Source: Eledone cirrhosa (taxonomy: Eukaryota). From it: a stretch of 64,000 nt of DNA. Below the pieces are notes generated by a model, which was not told the origin of the DNA, ran no database searches, and was given only the letters and a program-made list of their open reading frames with translations. Positions 57,612 through 64,000 of this stretch are shown here, in pieces (the first letter of the stretch is position 1; each line of letters begins with the position of its first letter). Position numbers and translations under genes: made by a program. The stretch covers positions 134,354,001-134,418,000 of the forward strand of contig OZ024740.1 of the NCBI GenBank assembly GCA_964016885.1, written 5' to 3'.

Positions 57612-58085
57612 TGAACACATGGGTCCACGAGGCAATATCCCTCGGGACTGCAGATTTTACTGTTTGTTTCCTCGTATCCATCGGCGGCAGGTCCTGAAAA
57701 TAAGAACGCAGACGGGATACGTAGGAAAGCGGATCTTGTGCAGCAAGATCGACAGGGGCAAGCATTTGCCCAGGCAACGCTAGAGGAGCACCATACAATA
57801 ATTCGGCCGGGGAGAACCCAAGGTCCTCCTTTATTGATGACCGAATCCCCAACAACACAATAGGGAGGTACACGCTCCAACGCGTAGAGTCAGGAGAAGT
57901 CCGTAGAGCGGCTTTTAGTTGTCGGTGGAAACGCTCCACCATTCCATTAGAGGCAGGATGATATGCAGTCGTTCGGATGCGTTTAGCGCCGATGATTTTC
58001 GTTAATTCATGGAAGAGATTCGATTCAAACTTTCTTCCACGGTCCGTTGTAATCGTGGTTGGCACTCCAAAGCAAGCAATCCATC
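57612..58085 (-). pseudogene. Ty3/Gypsy integrase fragment
   Basis: [59 protein letters not shown]. Confidence 0.9.
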
Positions 58086-58088
58086 CTG

Positions 58089-58288
58089 ATACTCTCTGGC
58101 AACCTGAACATGGTAATGTAAAGACCTCTTGGTCTCTTGCACGCTGACTTCAAAACGGTAAACAACTAACTTTAATTCATCCTTTCATCTCTCTTGGCAT
58201 GTCAACTATTCTGCTCTACATAGCTCAACCTTGTTAAATAAACATTGTACATACAACCCAGTGTCGCTGTTATAATTGTTGACCCCGA
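58089..58288 (+). mobile_element. Partial LTR with degenerate PBS
   Basis: Direct repeat of 59415-59613. Confidence 0.85.
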
Positions 58289-59250
58289 GAAAAAAATAAT
58301 AGGATTGGTGTTGTGTGAATATGAAAAAAAGAAAATTAATTAGCAGTAGTTCAAAAAGAAAAAATTCCTCTAACAACATTCCACGTGGATTTTTTCTACA
58401 ACATTTTTTCTACAACATTCCACATGGATTTTGTCTACAACGAAAAATATAAGTAATCTTTTCCTCAGCAGCAAACAAATAAGAAAAAATGTTGCTTTTC
58501 ACCTCACGTGTTCACCTCACGTGTTTACATCGTTTAAATGTGTTTCAATTACTGGATATATCCTTCGTCCGTCTTACAAGGAACACTCAAAAAGACTTGG
58601 ACTCCTGTATTCTTATATTCAACATGTCAATTTTGATGAACATCACAGCTCGCTTACTCATTCAACTAAGCCTTTTTCGCTACTTTTCCATCACTTTCAA
58701 AAAAAAATTGAACTCTCGCCATATACAAAGTGAATATAGCCTTTCCTTCTTTTTCATCACATCACGTTCACACACAAATTTTTCAAAATGGCTGCCAACG
58801 ACCTGTTCCACTGTCATTTTCCCGCCATTTTCTCGCGCAATAGAAATCTTTTTTTTTTAACTTGACTTTAACCTTGTTTCGGCACGTGTGGGAACACACA
58901 GCTCGACTCACTGAGATAACACACGCCATAGATAATGTTTCTTGCCAAGGATTCTCCAGCCTTAAGCTATATTCTCCTATTTGCCGGTTTAAAAATTTAC
59001 CACGTTTTGCCGTTGAAAACTGCGATTTTTATTCAGAATGATTATTTCTATAGTCGCTGGCCTCTTGACCCATCCAAGTCAACGCGTTCTCAACATCGAC
59101 CATCAACTTTGGCTGTTATTTCTAGCACTTTGCGCAACTCATTTTTTCGGGGAAACTTTTTACTGTGAATGGAAACAACATCGAATAGGCTCACTCCGCG
59201 AGACAACAACACAGCTTCATCTTTGCTTTATCAACAACCAAAACCAGCCC

Positions 59251-59619
59251 TGTAGCGCTTTCTAGACAGGAAGTAGCTGGAGTTACTTCCCGTTGAGGTT
59301 GCAGAACCTTCTTAGGGACTTCCGTCCGAGGGAACTATAAAGGAGAGAGCCGAAAGCTAACTAGCTCTCTTTTAACCTGCCTGGCCCTTCGGCCAGGCGC
59401 GTTCCGCCGAGGGTATACTCTCTGGCAACCTGAACATGGTAATGTAAAACCTCTTGGTCTCTTGCGCGCTGACTTCAAAACGGTAAACAACTAACTTTAA
59501 TTCATCCTTTCATCTCTCTTGGCATGTCAACTATTCTGCTCTACATAGCTCGACCTTGTTAAATAAACATTGTACATACAACCCAGTGTCGCTGTTATAA
59601 TTGGTGACCCCGACGTGAT
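59251..59619 (+). mobile_element. LTR (~350 bp) with tRNA-Trp primer-binding site
   Basis: Starts TGTAG, TATA-like ctataaa ~59336, aataaa ~59562, ends gttata; PBS TGGTGACCCCGACGTGAT at 59602-59619 complements the 3' end of tRNA-Trp. Confidence 0.85.
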
Positions 59620-59863
59620 CTTCTACATATATATATATATATATATTAAAATAACAGATTAAAGTTTAAGCAACAAATCACTGCTTTCACCCTTAACAGG
59701 GTCTTCTGAAACTAAAAAAATCAATCTGTGAACGCAGAAGTAAATATTTCGAAAAACGTTGCAACCGAAGGAAGACAGGAAGACGATACTTTGGTTCGTG
59801 GAAACGTTCCCTGGCAAAGAACGGAAAAAAACGAAGATAATACGTCATTATTTGGAGCGTAAT

Positions 59864-60209
59864 ACGTATGGATTCACCGAACATTTATTATAATGCTCGG
59901 TGTGTTTGTAAACAAACATCCCGAATTAAGCCGTACAGTGTCTAGCAACCATCGTTGCTTATTTGTTCAACACTGACAAAGGAACGCTGTACTAGTTTCA
60001 AGCTTATTAGCTATCGTCAGCAACGTATACCTTCCTGCCAGATGGTTGAACGTCTGAAAGTATATACTTTCCTTATGCATATTAACGGCTGAGCAGCCTA
60101 ATTTGCATATCGAGGGAGTTAATCGGCTTAATTCGGGATGTTTGTTTACAAACACACCGAGCATTATAATAAATGTTCGGTGAATCCATACGTACATATA
60201 TATGTGTGC

Positions 60210-60304
<95 letters not shown>

Positions 60305-60782
60305 TACTACTGTACGTTTGTATACATATATGTATGTACGTATACATACTTATATTTAAGTAACAGCCGTAACTAAGAGTGAGAAATGAAATTTCGTTTC
60401 ATTTTTTCCGTTTATCGTTTTCGGTACCCCGGCCGATTAACTCACTCGATATGCAAATTAGGCTGCTCAGCCGTTAATATGCATAAGGAAAGTATATACT
60501 ATCAGACGTTCAACCATCTGGCAGGAAGGTATATGTTGCTGACGATAGCTAATAAGCTTGAAACTAGTACAGCGTTCCTTTGTCAGTGTTGAACAAATGA
60601 GCAACGATGGTTGCTAGACACTACGGCTTAATACGGGATGTTTGTTTACGAACACACCGAGCATTATAATAAATATTCGGTGAATCCATACGTACATATA
60701 TATATATGTGTGCATGTATGTATATATATATATATGCATACTACTGTACGTCTGTATACATATATGAATGTACGTATACATA

Positions 60783-60790
<8 letters not shown>
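59864..60790. mobile_element. Retrozyme-like HHR repeat family C (~500 bp unit including TA tract), fold-back
   Basis: 59864-60127 is inverted relative to ~60430-60695; 'ggcttaat.cgggatg' at 60125 and 60625; HHRs at 59984-60026 (-) and 60533-60575 (+). Confidence 0.8.
60533..60575 (+). ncRNA. Type I hammerhead ribozyme
   Basis: atgttg-CTGACGA-t-agct(aata)agct-t-GAA-actagt-A-cagcgt; outer stem gttcaac/gttgaac. Confidence 0.85.
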
Positions 60791-60821
<31 letters not shown>

Positions 60822-60846
60822 TTATATATATACATATGTACATATA

Positions 60847-62150
60847 TAGGGTGGGGCATAATTCCTGTTACAAAGTTTTAAATCAATTTTAAAAATACTT
60901 TATGTTGCTAATATAACTAATATATTTGTATCAAATCCATGCACTATAATCATATTAACTATTTTTCAGAACATTACGCCATTAACAATTTGCAATGTCC
61001 ATAGAATTGAAAAGAAAGTTCATAATAGAGAAGCATGAAAAAGGCCTGACTCCACCCGAGATATTTAAACTGGGGAAAACTCTTAAGATCAATAGAATGT
61101 TGATCAAAAGGACAATCGATCGATTTAAGGAAACTTCCTCAACCAAAGACAGACCTCGATCCGGACGCCCTCACCCCTCAAGAACACCAAAACTCGTTAA
61201 AAGTGTGAGGGGAAAAATAAGGCGTAATCCAAGAAGGTCCATGAGAAAAATGGCAGAAGAAGCAAAAACATCGCCGAGAACTATGCGGAGGATATGTTGA
61301 GATGATCTGGGGATGTCACCCTATAAGTTCCAAAAGAGGCAGCTTCTTTCTGCAGCCACAATTGAAAAAGCCTCTCCAGAAGTAAACTGTTATTGAACCG
61401 TATCAAGGATGGCACGCTGCAAAACATCATCTTTACAGATGAGAAGTTATTCACTGTGCAGCAGTCTCACAATCATCAAAATGATTGAGTACTTGCAAAT
61501 AGTCTCAAATCAATTCCTTCAAGTGTAGGAAAAGTGTTCAGAACACAGAAACCAGCATCAGTGATGGTTTGGGCAGCCATTTCTGAAAGAGGGAAGTCTC
61601 CTCTGAATTTTGTGCCTCAAGGAGTTAAAATTAACAAAGAACTTTACATAAAGGATATTTTGGAAGGAGCACAGATGCCATGGTGCACATCTGTTTATAG
61701 CGATGACATTTGGACTCTCCAACTAGATGGAGTGACGAGCCACACTGCTAGCATAACACAACAGTGGTGTAGAGACCATTGTCCTGCGTGGATCAGTAAG
61801 GAAGAGTGGTCTCCCACATCACCAGATCTCAACCCTCTCGATTTTTCTTTATGGTCAATTCTTGAGAATGAAGCCTGCTCTACTCCTAGCCAAAATATTG
61901 AAACTCTAAAATCAAAACTGAATAAAGTATGGGAGAAAATACCCATGGAAACTGTTCGTGCAACCATCGAAGACTTTCCTAGAAGTCTTCGAGCGGTGGT
62001 GAGAGCTAGAGGAAAGCATTTCGAATAAATTTGTGTGCAGTTGTTTAATAGTATATTTATTACTATTTGTTGAAGTCAGATCTTGAAATAAATGTTTTTT
62101 TCAAGAACTATTTGCATTTTATTTTGTAACAGTTTTTATGCCCCAGCCTG
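60847..62150 (+). mobile_element. Tc1/mariner maT (DD37D) transposon, inactivated
   Basis: TIRs (t/c)aggg.tggggcataa..ctgttacaaa, TA flanks; HTH..RPRSGRP, FTDEK, QLDG followed by 37 residues to the D of SPDLNPLD; stops and frameshift at 61298-61500. Confidence 0.92.
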
Positions 62151-62242
62151 TATATGCGTATATATATTTATGTATATATACATATATATATAAATATATG
62201 TATATGTATATGTATATGTATATATGTATATGTATGTGTGTG

Positions 62243-62302
<60 letters not shown>

Positions 62303-62309
<7 letters not shown>

Positions 62310-62615
62310 AAGTTAAATAAAAGTCAAATGATTAAAATTTAGCTTCGTTTATTACTGCTATATATATTTCAGTGACAGCCATCTTTGGCTGTGACCTCTT
62401 CAGGCAGTTTGAATTAGTATGGTATAGACAAGTACATATGTTGTTTAGGTGTATGACAATATCATACACCTAAACAACATATGTACTTGTCTATACCATA
62501 CTAATTCAAACTGCCTGAAGAGGTCACAGCCAAAGATGGCTGTCACTGAAATATATATAGCAGTAATAAACGAAGCTAAATTTTAATCATTTGACTTTTA
62601 TTTAACTTTATTTTA
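62303..62615. repeat. Palindrome with 154 bp arms and 5 nt spacer carrying two divergent HHRs
   Basis: 62303-62456 is the reverse complement of 62462-62615. Confidence 0.95.
62510..62564 (+). ncRNA. Type I hammerhead ribozyme (mirror at 62354-62408, minus)
   Basis: actgc-CTGAAGA-ggtcacagcca(aaga)tggctgtcact-GAA-atatatat-A-gcagt then aataaa. Confidence 0.85.
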
Positions 62616-62708
62616 CACTACTCCGGAGTAACCAAACCAACCTGCGCACTTCGTCGAGTGCTCCAGCCTGCATACTGAGGTGTTGGTATACAACCAACAT
62701 AAACTCAA

Positions 62709-62755
<47 letters not shown>

Positions 62756-62760
<5 letters not shown>

Positions 62761-63860
62761 GCACATTTTGAATGCATTTTCTGACGCTTGCACTGCCCTA
62801 GGATTGACTGTCAGTCTCAAGAAAACCGTCATCATGTACCAACCTGCCCCTGGTAAGCAGTACAGTGAACCAAATATATATGTGTATGGTAAACGACTTG
62901 GAGTGGTTGATCAGTTTGTCTACCTGAGAAGCACTGTCAATCGATACAGCAACCTTGATAGTGAAATCTCACTTAGGATTAGGAAAGCAAGTGATGCTTT
63001 CGGAAAGCTAGAAAGGAGACTCTGGGGTCGGCGAGACATATGCAAGATGACAAAGGTAAAGATGTACAAGGCATGTGTGCTCTCTTCTCTTCTTTATGCC
63101 TGCGAGACCTGGGTCACATATCGACACCACCTTAAACAATTGGAGCGTTTCCATCAGATGTGTCTCAGACGGATCCATGACGTTCACTGGAGGGACCTCT
63201 ATGTGTGACAGTATGGAAACTCTTGTGCTTAAGCAACGACTCTGTTGGAGTGGTCACCTTGCCAGGATGAAGGATTATAGAATACCAAAACAACTCTTTT
63301 ATGGAGAGTTAGTTAAAGGAAAACGACCGCCACATAAACCAAACAAGAGGTATAAGGATTCCTTGAAAACCTCTTTGAAAGACGCTAACATCTCTGTTGA
63401 TACATGGGAAAATATTGCTGCTGATAGTAATAAATGGAGAAAGACTGTATATGAGGGAAAAGTTGCCTTTGAGGCATCTCGAATCGCATACGAGAAAGTA
63501 AAGCGGGATGTGAGAAAGGGCATTGCTGTTGCACTTCCAGACGGAGAGGGTCCTCCTATGGTGCTGACATGCAGCGTTAGTGCGAGACTCTGCCTAAGCA
63601 AAGCTGGACTCGAAAGTCATCTTCGCAGTCATAAAGTAAGATCAGTGGTTGACTACCAGGCTGTTGTTGGAGATGCTACTCATCATGCTTGCCAAGCATG
63701 TGGTAGAGAATGTAAATCAGCAGGAGGGATCAAACGACATGCAAAAGTACATGAACTCCAACCACAGCCGGCTACTCCCAGTGAATGTTTTAGTTGCCGA
63801 CTGTGTGCAAGACATTTTAGATCATTGGCTGGGCTAAAAAGCCACATTCGATCGCAGCGC
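62756..63860 (+). pseudogene. RTE-BovB-like LINE 3' part with three C-terminal C2H2 zinc fingers
   Basis: GLTVSLKKT, FVYLRST, RIRKAS.AFG.L, LLYACETW, LERFHQMCLRRI, RIPKQLFYGEL; fingers CSVS..HLRSH, CQAC..HAKVH, CRLC..HIRSQ. Confidence 0.9.
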
Positions 63861-64000
63861 TGTTATTTGCTATCGTGTGTGTGTATAGATATGTTTATGT
63901 GTGTACGAGTGTGTGTATATATATATGTGTATATTATTATTGTTGTTATTGTCGTTATTATTATTGTTGTTATTATTATTATTATTGTTATTAATATATA

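Overview
AT-rich animal genomic DNA saturated with (TA)n/(TG)n/(CATA)n microsatellites and transposon debris. The SINE and microsatellite profile suggests a coleoid cephalopod such as octopus (inference). I found no convincing host exon, and most of the ORF track is microsatellite artefact. Recognisable elements: three Penelope-like elements (PLEs, RT+GIY-YIG; two near full length), a near full-length RTE LINE and further LINE fragments, a DD37D maT transposon, a Chapaev3-like transposase relic, a non-autonomous Helitron, Gypsy LTR/integrase pieces with a tRNA-Trp PBS, MITEs and SINEs. The main result is a hammerhead-ribozyme (HHR) ecosystem found by hand-folding. It includes minimal type I HHRs at PLE 3' ends and at least three non-coding retrozyme-like tandem families (310 bp, ~323 bp, ~500 bp units). 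Two of these families share a covarying RNA fold, three unrelated families carry a U3-A8 catalytic-core variant, and many insertions sit as divergent fold-backs in (TA)n tracts. One PLE has TGA at a normally conserved Cys followed by a SECIS-like hairpin. All structures are manual folds and none is experimentally tested.
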